Source: Candidatus Omnitrophota bacterium
GTDB lineage: Bacteria > Omnitrophota > Gorgyraeia > Aquiviventales > Aquiviventaceae
Assembly: GCA_030697665.1 (NCBI GenBank)
Contig: JAUYPJ010000022.1
Span: 11-64,010 of the forward strand
Length of the DNA stretch: 64,000 nucleotides
Direction: 5' to 3'
Part shown: in pieces, positions 45,612-56,404 of the stretch
Layout of the letters: each line of letters opens with the position of its first letter
Position numbering within the stretch: position 1 is the stretch's first letter
The notes under the pieces: generated by a model
What the model was told of the DNA's origin: nothing
What the model saw: the letters and a program-made list of their open reading frames with translations, nothing else
Database searches by the model: none
Position numbers and translations under genes: made by a program

Positions 45612-46784
45612 TCACGAGACCTTCACGAACCGGCGCGGGGAGTGGGAGATGCGCTCCTGAGCGACTCGGCGCGACCACCCATCCACCTCCACGACCTCGT
45701 CGAGGGTCGGGTGGGGGATTGCCGGATGCTGCTCCAACACCTCTTCGATCACCCGTGGGATGTCAGGAAACGCCATCTGACCCGCGAGGTAGGCCTGGAC
45801 GGCCGCGTCGTTGGCCCCATTCAGGGCGACACAGGCGCTGCCGCCTACAGCAGCGGCGTCCAGCGCAAGACGCAGGCAGGGGAACTGCGCAAGATCCGGC
45901 TCGAAGAAATGCCATCCGGAGCGCTGCGTCACGTCCATACGCGGGAAGCGACTGTCCCACCGCTCGGGAGCGCTCAAGGCGTACTGGATCGGCAATCGCA
46001 TATCGCAGGGGCTCATCTGCGCCAATGCCGTCCCATCCACCAGCTCGACCAAAGCGTGAATCACCGCTTCCGGATGGATGAGCACGCGCAGGCGTTCCAG
46101 CGGGACGTCGAAGAGCCACCGCGCCTCGATGACCTCAAGTCCTTTGTTCATGAGCGTGGCCGAATCCACCGTGATCTTCGGTCCCATCTGCCAGCGGGGG
46201 TGGGCCAACACCTGGGCGCGCGTGACCACCTGCCGCTCCGAAACCGATAATCCCCACAACGGCCCCCCGCTGCCGGTAATCACCAATCGCGCCACCTCAG
46301 ATCTCGTCACCGCCTGGAGACACTGGGCGAGCGCGACGTGCTCGCTGTCGATGGGCACGAGCTTCACCCCATGCTCCTGGACGAGCCGCATGATCAGCTC
46401 GCCGGCCATGACGAGCAGCTCCTTTGACGCCAGGGCGATCTGCTTGCCGGCCTGGATCGCGCGGATGAGCGGGATGAGCGCCTCGCTGCCGGAGGTGGCG
46501 ACGACCACCACGTCCACGTCCGGGTGCGTCGCCAGCCACGTCAGCCCCTCAGGACCGACCCCAACCGTGAGGCTCCCCGTCATCCGGCGCAACTCCTGCG
46601 CCCCCTCCTCCTCCCACACCGCCGCCAGCGTAGGGCGGAACGCCCGCGCCTGTTCCGCGAGCAGATCGATCCGGGATCGCGCCGCAATCCCCACCAGCCG
46701 CAACCGATCCGGATGGCCGGCAATCACCTCAAGGGTGCTGCGCCCGATGGACCCCGTGGAGCCAAGCACCGCGACCCGTCTCAT
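45612..46784 (-). CDS. dxr: 1-deoxy-D-xylulose 5-phosphate reductoisomerase
   Basis: The start was chosen at M23 (MRRVAVLGSTGSIG) by homology. The alternative ATG at 46802 overlaps cdsA. Confidence 0.92.
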   Translation of the reverse strand: MRRVAVLGSTGSIGRSTLEVIAGHPDRLRLVGIAARSRIDLLAEQARAFRPTLAAVWEEEGAQELRRMTGSLTVGVGPEGLTWLATHPDVDVVVVATSGSEALIPLIRAIQAGKQIALASKELLVMAGELIMRLVQEHGVKLVPIDSEHVALAQCLQAVTRSEVARLVITGSGGPLWGLSVSERQVVTRAQVLAHPRWQMGPKITVDSATLMNKGLEVIEARWLFDVPLERLRVLIHPEAVIHALVELVDGTALAQMSPCDMRLPIQYALSAPERWDSRFPRMDVTQRSGWHFFEPDLAQFPCLRLALDAAAVGGSACVALNGANDAAVQAYLAGQMAFPDIPRVIEEVLEQHPAIPHPTLDEVVEVDGWSRRVAQERISHSPRRFVKVS

Positions 46785-46794
46785 CTGTGCCGGG

Positions 46795-47676
46795 TTAGCC
46801 ATAGATGAGGATCCCGTAGAACAAGGGGGCCGTGAACAACAGGCTGTCAATGACGTCGAGCACGCCCCCCAGCCCGGGGAGGAGCGATCCGGTGTCCTTC
46901 ACCTGACAATCACGCTTCAGGAGCGACTCGGCCAGATCGCCGAGCTGCCCCACCGCCCCCAAGATCACCCCCACCGCAGCGCTCAAGACGGGGCTGGGAA
47001 GCTGCCCAAAAATCCGCTGCTGGCCCAGCAACGGAGCGGCCAGCAGCGCGGTCACGGCGCTCGCCACGACGGCGCCCCCAAATCCTTCGACCGTCTTGCG
47101 GGGGCTGATGCGAGGCACCAGCGTGTGCCGGCCGATCACGCTGCCCGTCGCGTAGGCGCCGACGTCACCCATCTTCGTCACCACGATGAGGAAGAGCACC
47201 AGCCACGCGCCCCGTTGGGGATCCATCGTCCGAAGGTAAAACACGTAGCTGAACAGCGCCGCGATATAGGCGAGCCCGAACAACGTCGTGGCCAAGCCCC
47301 CGAGCGCCTCGAAGGTGTTCTCCCGCGTGAACTGCCGGATGAAGATGATGACGATCGTCGCCGGCCAGAAGACATCCCACATCCAGCTGAGCACCGTCGC
47401 CCCAGGCCCCAGGATGGGGGTCGGGACGAGGCCAGGCTCCACGATCGATCGCCACGCCACCAAGGCCGTGAAGACCATGCCCAGGCCGATGCTCAACGGC
47501 CGATGGACTAAGATGCCCCGCTGGCGCGCCATCGTAAAAAACTCATAGAGGGCGACCAGGATGAACCACCCCACGACCAGCGCGAAGACCCACAGGGGGC
47601 ACCAGAACAGCGTCCCCAGCACGACCGACACGAGGATGGCGGAGCTGAGGAGGCGCGCGTTCAGGTTCCGCATCAT
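46795..47676 (-). CDS. cdsA: Phosphatidate cytidylyltransferase
   Basis: Multi-TM CTP_transf_1 family with the C-terminal SLLKRDCQVKDTGSLLPGLGGVLD motif. Confidence 0.9.
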   Translation of the reverse strand: MMRNLNARLLSSAILVSVVLGTLFWCPLWVFALVVGWFILVALYEFFTMARQRGILVHRPLSIGLGMVFTALVAWRSIVEPGLVPTPILGPGATVLSWMWDVFWPATIVIIFIRQFTRENTFEALGGLATTLFGLAYIAALFSYVFYLRTMDPQRGAWLVLFLIVVTKMGDVGAYATGSVIGRHTLVPRISPRKTVEGFGGAVVASAVTALLAAPLLGQQRIFGQLPSPVLSAAVGVILGAVGQLGDLAESLLKRDCQVKDTGSLLPGLGGVLDVIDSLLFTAPLFYGILIYG

Positions 47677-48395
47677 CCGCGTACCATGGTCTTCCCGAAG
47701 CGCCGTTCACGCCGCTCGTACGCCGCGATGGCGTCCAGGAGGTCCTCCTTCGAGAAATCAGGCCAGCACTTCGAGGTCACATACCATTCCGTATACGAGG
47801 ACTGCCACAGCAGGAAGTTCGAGAGCCGCTGTTCCCCTGAGGTCCGAATCAGCAGGTCGGGGTCCGGCAGATCCGCCGCATACAGGTGTCGCGCGAAGAG
47901 CGTCTCGTCAATCTGCGCAGGATCAAGGCGGCCTTGGCGAACCAGCGTGGCAAGACGGCGGGTGGCATCGACGATCTCCTGGCGTCCGCCGTAGCTGAGC
48001 GCCAGGACGAGCGTCATCCGGTCACAGCCCGCCGTCTCGGCCATAGCGCGTTGCAGGGTAGCGAGGACGCCGCTCGGCAGCGTCTCCAAGCGGCCGATGG
48101 CGCGCAGGCGGACGTGGTTGGCATGGAGCGTCGGGAGCTCCCGCCGCACGAACTCATCGAGCAACTCCATGAGCTCGCCGGTCTCCCGGGCCGGACGATC
48201 CCAATTCTCCCACGAGAAGGCGTAGAGCGTGAGGACCTTCACGCCCAGCTCGCAACAGGCCTCCACGGTGCGGCGCACCGCCTCGGCGCCGGCTCGATGA
48301 CCGAACAACCGCGGCAGGCCTCGCGCCGCCGCCCATCGACCATTGCCATCCATGATGATGGCGATGTGGTCGGGGCCCTTCTGCGCATCTTCCAT
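47673..48395 (-). CDS. uppS: Isoprenyl transferase (undecaprenyl diphosphate synthase)
   Basis: ATG at 48395. HIAIIMDGNGRWA motif. Confidence 0.9.
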   Translation of the reverse strand: MEDAQKGPDHIAIIMDGNGRWAAARGLPRLFGHRAGAEAVRRTVEACCELGVKVLTLYAFSWENWDRPARETGELMELLDEFVRRELPTLHANHVRLRAIGRLETLPSGVLATLQRAMAETAGCDRMTLVLALSYGGRQEIVDATRRLATLVRQGRLDPAQIDETLFARHLYAADLPDPDLLIRTSGEQRLSNFLLWQSSYTEWYVTSKCWPDFSKEDLLDAIAAYERRERRFGKTMVRG

Positions 48396-48423
48396 CAACG
48401 ATGGACTATTGACTGGCGAAGCA

Positions 48424-48744
48424 CTACGGGCTGGCCGCCGGAGCGGGTTCCGCCGCCGGCGCTTGAGCGGCACCCGGCGATTCCTGGCCCTTGGCTCGAG
48501 CGCGCTCCAGCTCCACTTTCAACTGCTCAATCGTCTTGAGCTGGTCCTCGGTCTGGCGTTGGAGTCGCGTGTTCTCTTGCGTCAGAGACTCCACGTCCTG
48601 TTGGGCGTTGTCCACCTCAAACTGGAGATCCTCTCGGTCGAGCCGCAACCCGTCGAGCTCGGTCCCCACCGAGGCCAGCGCAATAGCCAACACCACCACA
48701 ATCACCCCTATCACCGAGAAGGCGATGACTCCCCACCGACGCAT
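48424..48744 (-). CDS. Small membrane-anchored coiled-coil protein
   Basis: N-terminal TM helix (VIAFSVIGVIVVVLAIALA) followed by a coiled coil. No family recognised. Confidence 0.5.
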   Translation of the reverse strand: MRRWGVIAFSVIGVIVVVLAIALASVGTELDGLRLDREDLQFEVDNAQQDVESLTQENTRLQRQTEDQLKTIEQLKVELERARAKGQESPGAAQAPAAEPAPAASP

Positions 48745-48774
48745 ACTCCCTCCCTTCTCTGATCCCGCCCTGGG

Positions 48775-49449
48775 TTACTTCGACGACTCTGTGCCTCCAC
48801 CAACCGTCCGCTCCGCCTCCGGGGCCGTCGAGCTCGTGGTGGCCTGCGGCAGGATGATGACTTCAACCCGCCGGTTCTTCCGCCGTCCCTGGGCCGTGTC
48901 ATTCGACGCAATCGGCCGCTCTTCCCCGTAGCCGACGATGGTCATCCGGTCACGGCTGATCCCCCGCTGCTGGGTGAGGTACTCCGCCACCGCATTGGCG
49001 CGGGCGAGCGACAGCGCCGCGTTGTCGGCCCATCCCGAATGGGTGATGGGCACGTTGTCGGTATGGCCTTCGATGCGGATGGGCTGCTCGGAAACCTCCC
49101 CCAACACCTGGGCAAGCTGGTCGAGGATCGCCCTGGCATCCCGGCGAAGGTCCGCCTTGCCTGAATGGAACAGCACCTGATCGAGCATCCGCGTGACGAG
49201 CCCGCGCGCATCGTAGCCGACGTTCACGTCGGCTGAGCTCACCTGGGCGTCCAACAGCGCCTTGGCCCGCCGGAGCTGTTCGGCCTCCTCGGCCTTCAGG
49301 CGGGCCAGCGTCTTGAACTGCTCCAACTGATCGCTGAGCTGGGCGAGTTGTTCGATGTCCCACGGGGAGCGCCTCGCCACACTGATGGCACACCCGCCGC
49401 CGAGGACCGCCACCATTCCGATCAGCCCTGCCCTCCTCCAGCCCATCAC
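48775..49449 (-). CDS. OmpA/MotB-family peptidoglycan-binding protein (possible lipoprotein)
   Basis: OmpA_C motifs IEGHTDNVP ... NAALSLARANAVAEYL ... GYGEERP ... NRRVEVII. The N-terminus is hydrophobic and ends in GGGC. Confidence 0.85.
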   Translation of the reverse strand: MMGWRRAGLIGMVAVLGGGCAISVARRSPWDIEQLAQLSDQLEQFKTLARLKAEEAEQLRRAKALLDAQVSSADVNVGYDARGLVTRMLDQVLFHSGKADLRRDARAILDQLAQVLGEVSEQPIRIEGHTDNVPITHSGWADNAALSLARANAVAEYLTQQRGISRDRMTIVGYGEERPIASNDTAQGRRKNRRVEVIILPQATTSSTAPEAERTVGGGTESSK

Positions 49450-49510
49450 GTCCTCCTCCGAGCGCCCATGGTCGTGTTGAGAGGCGCTCTTATTGTACCA
49501 AGAAATCTTC

Positions 49511-50875
<1,365 letters not shown>

Positions 50876-50880
<5 letters not shown>

Positions 50881-52465
50881 GTTTGATGAGTTTGGCATCG
50901 AGCACGTGCTGGAGCCGCTTGACCTGCTCCAGGACCTTGGGAGGCACATGGTCATCGACGTTCACCACGGTGATCGCCGTCCCGCCCGGCTCATCCCGTC
51001 CGTTGCTCATCCCGGCGATGTTGATCTTGGACTCGCCCAACAACATGCCGAGGTGGCCGATGAGCCCGGGCTTGTCCTGGTTTTTGATGATGAGCATGTA
51101 GCCTTCCGGCACCGCCTCCACGAAGTACCGGTCGATCTTCACGATGCGCGGCTCCCGCCGGGCGGACAGCGTGCCCTGCAACGCCAGGGACCTTCCGTCC
51201 GCGCGGACCTCCAGGGCCAGCAGGTTGGCGAACTCGTCCATCCGGCTGGCCTTGGCCTCGATCACCTTCACGCCGCGCTCCGCCGCGATCAGTGAGGCGT
51301 TGACGTAGTTCACGTTCTCCCCTACCATCGGCGACAAGATGCCTTTCAAGACGGCCAGCGTCACCGAGGCGGTGTCGTGCGTCGTCATCTCCCCGACGTA
51401 GGTGACCCGCACCTCGTCCATCTGCCCGCCGGAGAGCTGCGAGGCCAGGGAGCCCAGCCGCTCCCCCAGGACGATGTAGGGGTGGAGGACCTTCAACGTC
51501 TGGGCGTCCACCGAAGGCATGTTGACGGCGTTCCGGATCCCGCGTCCCAACAGCGCATCCGCCACCTGCCGGGCGACCTCGATCGCCACGTTGAGCTGGG
51601 CCTCCTCGGTCGAGGCGCCCAGGTGGGGCGTGCAGACGACCTGATCGAGCGTCACGAGCGGGTTGTCCTTCGGCGGCTCCTCCTCGAACACATCCAGGGC
51701 CGCCCCGGCCACCTTACCCTCCACCAGGGCGCGGTGGAGGGCCTGCTCGTCGATGATCCCGCCCCGCGCGCAGTTCACCAGGCGAACCCCCGGTTTCATC
51801 CGGGCGATCTCCTCGGCGCCGATGAGATGGCGCGTCTCATCCGTCAATGGGGTATGGACCGTGATGATGTCCGCCTCGGCATAGAGGTGGGCGGCATCGG
51901 TCACCTGGATCTCAAGCTGCTGGGCGCGCTCCGTCGAGAGGAACGGATCGTAGGCGACCACCCGCATGCCGAAGGCCTGGGCCCGCTTGGCCACTTCAGT
52001 GCCGATCCGCCCCAGCCCGACGACCCCCAGCGTCTTCCCGAACAGCTCGGTCCCCACGAACTTGGCGCGTTCCCACCGGCCCGCCCGCACGTGCGCATCG
52101 GCCTGCGGGATGCGCCTGGCCAACGCCAGGATCATGCTCATCGTGTGCTCGGCCGTCGACATCGTGCTCCCCGACGGGACGTTCATGACGATGATGCCCC
52201 GCTTCGTGGAGGCCTCGGCATCGACGTTGTCCAGCCCGACGCCGGCGCGTCCAATCACCCGCAGGCGCTTGGCACGCTCGATGACCGCGGCGGTAACCTT
52301 GGTCGAGCTGCGCACGATGAGCCCCTCGTAGGAACCGATGATCTCGGCCAGCGCCTCGCTGGACAGCCCGGTCTTCACCTCCACCTTCAACTGGGATTCC
52401 TGCGTGAGCACGCGAAGGCCCTCATCCGACAGATGGTCAGCCACGAGGACGTTGATCTGTGCCAT
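50876..52465 (-). CDS. serA: D-3-phosphoglycerate dehydrogenase
   Basis: The ATG at 52465 gives MAQINVLVADHL. 2-hydroxyacid dehydrogenase core plus ASB/ACT C-terminal domains. The ORF track over-extends through the repeat. Confidence 0.92.
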
Positions 52466-52472
52466 CGTTCTT

Positions 52473-52618
52473 AGTCCATAGTCCACAGTCCATAGTCCAT
52501 AGAATCCAGAAAGCAGAAGGCGGTAGGCAGAAGGCAGTGAACAGATCGCGACACGATGCTGCCGACTACGTTCTGCATGCTGCCTTCTTTGCACTACGGA
52601 CTATGGACTATGGACTCT
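52473..52618. repeat. Compound short-unit tandem inverted repeat (GTCCATA x4 + CAGAAGG-type units / complements)
   Basis: The left half is AGTCCATAGTCCACAGTCCATAGTCCATAG followed by CAGAAAGCAGAAGGCGGTAGGCAGAAGGCAG. The right half is CTGCC...TTCTGCATGCTGCCTTCTTTG followed by CTACGGACTATGGACTATGGACTCT. The right end encodes the aminotransferase C-terminus (ESIVHSP then TAG). Confidence 0.85.
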
Positions 52619-53742
52619 AACATAGCGCGGGCAGCCTGAACCCCTGTTCCAGCAGCGACCTCGTGCCCTAATGCCACGAGCGCTCCTTCGAGGGCGGCCA
52701 GCCCCGCCAGGATGTCGCCGGGACCGATATGGCCCATATGGGCGATCCGCACCACCTTGCCCGCCATCTCGCCTTGTCCGCCTGCGATCATCACGTGCGA
52801 TCGATCGTACATCAGCTTGGCCAACGACTTGCCGTCGATCCCCTCCGGCACGCGAATCGCCGTCACGCCGTTCGACGGACGCTGCGCAAAAAGGCGAAGC
52901 CCCATCGCCTCGACGCCGGAGCGCGTCGCCTGCGCCATGAGCCCGCAGCGCTGGAGCACCTTCGGCACGCCCTCCTGGAGGATGAGCGTCAGCGCCTCGT
53001 CGAGCGCCACCACCAGCGACACGGCGGAGGTAAACGGCGTGTCGTCATCGGCCAGGGCCTTGCGGTACCCTCGCAGGTCCGTGTAGAAGCGAGGCGTCTT
53101 CGCCTCGTTCACGAGCGCCCACGCCCGCTCGCTGAGGCTGAGAAACGCCAACCCCGGCGGGAGCATCAACCCTTTCTGCGAACCGGTCACGAGCACGTCC
53201 ACCCCCCAGGCATCGGTCTGGCACTCATCCGCGAGCAGCCCGCTGATCGCATCCACGACCAACACGGCCCGGCTGGCGCGCGTCACGGCGGCCAGGGCCT
53301 GGATGTCGGGCACGCCGCCGGTGGAGGTCTCGCACAGCGTGGCGAACATGGCCTTCGCCTTCGGATGCGCCCGGAGGATGGAGGCCGCGCGCTCGGGATC
53401 CACCGCCTCGCCGTAGGCGACCGGCACCGGCGCCGCGCGGATCCCGTAGGCGGCGCACACCTCCTGCCAGCGCTCCCCGAACTTCCCGCCGAGCACGACG
53501 ATCGCCTCATCACCCGGCGAGAGGAGGTTGACCACCGAGGCTTCCATCGCGCCGGTCCCGGAGCTCGTCAGGCAGACGACGGGTTGCGCGGTCTGCATCA
53601 CCGCCTGCATCCGCTGGAGCACGCGGCGGAACAGGCTGCGGTACTGGCTGGTGCGGTGGTGGATGATGGGCCGACCGAGCGCCTCGCGCACCTGCGGCGG
53701 CAAGGGGGTCGGACCCGGTGTGAGAAGGATGTCCCCGCTCAT
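52594..53742 (-). CDS. Class V aminotransferase (serine-pyruvate/alanine-glyoxylate or phosphoserine aminotransferase type)
   Basis: PGPTPLP N-terminus and TGSQKGLMLPPG (PLP lysine). It is adjacent to serA. Confidence 0.85.
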   Translation of the reverse strand: MSGDILLTPGPTPLPPQVREALGRPIIHHRTSQYRSLFRRVLQRMQAVMQTAQPVVCLTSSGTGAMEASVVNLLSPGDEAIVVLGGKFGERWQEVCAAYGIRAAPVPVAYGEAVDPERAASILRAHPKAKAMFATLCETSTGGVPDIQALAAVTRASRAVLVVDAISGLLADECQTDAWGVDVLVTGSQKGLMLPPGLAFLSLSERAWALVNEAKTPRFYTDLRGYRKALADDDTPFTSAVSLVVALDEALTLILQEGVPKVLQRCGLMAQATRSGVEAMGLRLFAQRPSNGVTAIRVPEGIDGKSLAKLMYDRSHVMIAGGQGEMAGKVVRIAHMGHIGPGDILAGLAALEGALVALGHEVAAGTGVQAARAMLESIVHSP

Positions 53743-53852
53743 CCCACCACCTGCCTCGGCCAGCCCAGGGCTGGCCGCGCACTCGCGGTGGCTCCGACGA
53801 TCCGGCGTGGCGCGAGTGCGCCAGCCGAAGGCTGAGAGGCAGGTGGTGGGAT
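53741..53852. repeat. CCCACC-terminated palindromic element (112 bp) filling the gap from the clpP stop to the aminotransferase start
   Basis: ATCCCACCACCTGCCTC ... GAGGCAGGTGGTGGGAT. It differs at 3 of 112 positions from 59893..60004 by manual alignment. Its ends overlap the TGA of clpP and the ATG of the next gene. Confidence 0.9.
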
Positions 53853-54472
53853 CACTTCTTCACCACCTTGGCCTTGCTGTAGAGCACTTCGTCGACGATC
53901 CCGTACTCCTTCGCCTCCTCCGCCGACATGAAGTAGTCGCGGTCGGTGTCCTTCTGGATCTTCTCCAGGGATTGGCTGGTGTGCTTGACGAGCAGCTCGT
54001 TGATCTTCTCGCGCAGCCGCAGGATCTCCCGCGCCTGGATCGAGATGTCCGTGGCCGCCCCCTCCGCGCCCCCCCACGGCTGATGGATCATGATGCGCGC
54101 GGCGGGTAGCGCAAATCGCTTGCCTTTGGTCCCGGCGCACAGGAGCAACGCCCCCATGCTCGCCGCCTGGCCGACGCAGTAGGTCGCCACGGGGGGCTTG
54201 ACGAACTGGATCGTGTCGTAGACCGCCAGCCCCGCCGTCACGGACCCGCCGGGGGTATTGACGTAGACGCTGATCTCTCGATCCGGATCCTCATTCTGGA
54301 GGAAGAGGAGCTGCGCGATGATCAGGTTGGAGACCATGTCATCGATGGGGGTGCCCACGAAGATGATGCGATCCTTGAGCAGACGAGAGTAGATGTCGTA
54401 GGCGCGCTCCCCGCGCGGCGACTGCTCCACCACCATCGGCACCAGCACCTGTCCCTGCTCGCTCATGTTCAC
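53852..54472 (-). CDS. clpP: ATP-dependent Clp protease proteolytic subunit
   Basis: GQAASMGA (active-site Ser) and IMIHQP (His). Confidence 0.95.
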   Translation of the reverse strand: MNMSEQGQVLVPMVVEQSPRGERAYDIYSRLLKDRIIFVGTPIDDMVSNLIIAQLLFLQNEDPDREISVYVNTPGGSVTAGLAVYDTIQFVKPPVATYCVGQAASMGALLLCAGTKGKRFALPAARIMIHQPWGGAEGAATDISIQAREILRLREKINELLVKHTSQSLEKIQKDTDRDYFMSAEEAKEYGIVDEVLYSKAKVVKK

Positions 54473-55518
54473 CTCGATGTTATTGAGTCAGCCTCTTCGA
54501 TGTGGGCGACACTCAGCAAGAAACTGATCGTCTTCTCCCGACGAATGGCGGAGAGGACCGACGGCCAGAGCCCCTTGTCGTCAAAGATCTTCCTGACCTC
54601 CACCGGATCCTTCTTCCAGCGCCGCGACACCTGCCAGAGACGATCCAGCAGCTCATGCTCCGTCACGGTGAGCGCCTCTTGCGTCGCGATGCGATCGAGG
54701 ATGAAGGTAAGCTTCACCTGCTGTTGCGCGCTCGTGCGGAGCTGCTCGGTAAACGCGGCCACCCGCTCCTGCACCTGCGGCTCCGGCATGCCGGAGAGGA
54801 GCAGGCGGACGGTGAACTCCCGCGTGAGCCGCTCGGTCTGGTGGCCCACCAACTGCGGGGGGACCTCGAAGGCGTGCCGCTCCAGCAGCGCCTGACACAC
54901 GGCGGCCTCGAGCGCCTCGGCGCGCGCCGCCCGCTTCTGCTCCCGCAGCTTCGCCTCCAGATGCTCCTTGAGTTGCGCCAAGTGTCCAAATCCCACGTCC
55001 TTCGCCAGCTCGTCATCGATGGGAGGCAGGCGTCGCTCCTTCGCCTCGCCCTGCCCGGAGGGGACGAGCTGCGCCATCGACTCCCGCAGCGCGGCAAGCG
55101 CTTTGTCGACGTCCTCCGGGGTCACCTCCGTCGAAGGGGGCTGCAGCGGGATGCCGCGGTAGGCTGCCAAGGCGAACGACGGCTCCACTTCCACGCTCGC
55201 GTCAAAACGCAACCCCTCGGTCTCGTTGAAGTCGGTGGCGGTCACCTCAAAGGGCCCCACCGGCTTGAGGTCGTGATCCTTGGCCGCCTGCTCAAGCGCC
55301 TGCCGCGTGACGCGGCGCATGGTCTCCTCGCGGAGGGGCTGGGCGTATTGCCGCTCCACCAGATCCGCCGGGGCTTTGCCGCGGCGAAACCCCGGTAGAA
55401 CGGTCCGTCGCTGGAGCTCCGTCAGTACCGTCTCCCGCACCGGGCTCATCGCCTCGGGACGCACGTGCAGACGCAGGCGCTTTTGGCAGGGGGCCGGCTC
55501 ACTGATCTGCACGCTCAC
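54469..55518 (-). CDS. tig: Trigger factor lacking the PPIase (FKBP) domain
   Basis: A GTG at 55518 puts the GFRRGKAP motif at residues 43-50, as in E. coli Tig. The N-domain and C-terminal arms are present, but only GQGEAK sits where the ~95-aa FKBP domain is expected. Confidence 0.8.
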   Translation of the reverse strand: MSVQISEPAPCQKRLRLHVRPEAMSPVRETVLTELQRRTVLPGFRRGKAPADLVERQYAQPLREETMRRVTRQALEQAAKDHDLKPVGPFEVTATDFNETEGLRFDASVEVEPSFALAAYRGIPLQPPSTEVTPEDVDKALAALRESMAQLVPSGQGEAKERRLPPIDDELAKDVGFGHLAQLKEHLEAKLREQKRAARAEALEAAVCQALLERHAFEVPPQLVGHQTERLTREFTVRLLLSGMPEPQVQERVAAFTEQLRTSAQQQVKLTFILDRIATQEALTVTEHELLDRLWQVSRRWKKDPVEVRKIFDDKGLWPSVLSAIRREKTISFLLSVAHIEEADSITSR

Positions 55519-55676
55519 CGGAAGGGCTGCGGTTGTTCCGCCGAGCTGAGGACGCGGGGTGGCATCGGCAGATTGGGCTGATGGTCGAGCGCGTCGGCGA
55601 AACCACATATTAGCCGTTGGACCATTGTGCCATTAATCCAATGACCCAATAGCTCATGAAATGCGACCTCACGTGG

Positions 55677-56399
55677 TTAGAGACGGAACTTCTCACCCAG
55701 GTAGATCTCCTTCGCCCGCGGGTCCGTGATCAGCTCGTGGGCGGTCCCGGCAATGAGCACGCGGCCTTCCGCCATGATGTAGGCCCGGTCGGTGATCTCC
55801 AGGGTTTCGCGCACGTTGTGATCGGTCAACAGGATCCCGAGGCCGCGCTGCCTGAGCTCGCGGATGATCTCCTGCGCTTCAAAGACGGTGATGGGGTCGA
55901 TCCCGGAAAAGGGCTCATCGAGCAGGATGAACTGCGGATTCGTCACCAACGCCCGGGTGATCTCCAGGCGGCGCTTCTCGCCTCCTGAGAGCGTATACGC
56001 CTTCTGACGCGCCAGGTGGGTGATCCCCAGCTCGTTGAGGAGGCGATCCAGCCGCTGGCGTCTGATGGAGAGGGGCAGATGGAGCGACTCCAAAATCGCC
56101 AGGATGTTCTGTTCCACCGTCAGCTTCCGGAAGATGGAGGGCTCCTGGGCCAGATAGCCGACGCCCAAGCGGGCCCGCTGATACATGGGGATGTCGGTCA
56201 CGTCACGCTCATCCAGGATGATGCGTCCCCCGTCCGGTCTGATGTAGCCGACGATCATCGCGAACGTCGTGGTCTTGCCCGCCCCGTTCGGGCCGAGCAG
56301 CCCCACGATCTCCCCGCGCCCCACCCGGATCTCCACGCCGTCGACGACGGGACGCCCGTTGTAGCCCTTCACCACGTGTTCGGTTCGCAGGACCTGCAT
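55677..56399 (-). CDS. lptB: LPS export ABC transporter ATP-binding protein
   Basis: Walker [10 protein letters not shown], signature LSGGEKRR, Walker B ILLDEP. Confidence 0.92.
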   Translation of the reverse strand: MQVLRTEHVVKGYNGRPVVDGVEIRVGRGEIVGLLGPNGAGKTTTFAMIVGYIRPDGGRIILDERDVTDIPMYQRARLGVGYLAQEPSIFRKLTVEQNILAILESLHLPLSIRRQRLDRLLNELGITHLARQKAYTLSGGEKRRLEITRALVTNPQFILLDEPFSGIDPITVFEAQEIIRELRQRGLGILLTDHNVRETLEITDRAYIMAEGRVLIAGTAHELITDPRAKEIYLGEKFRL

Positions 56400-56404
56400 G
56401 GTCG

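Noticed and set aside
48775-49449. Assigning the OmpA-like protein as Pal or MotB.
   Set aside because: The lipobox is non-canonical (VLGGGC), there is no tol or mot gene context, and an extra coiled-coil segment is present. The generic OmpA/MotB-family call was kept.
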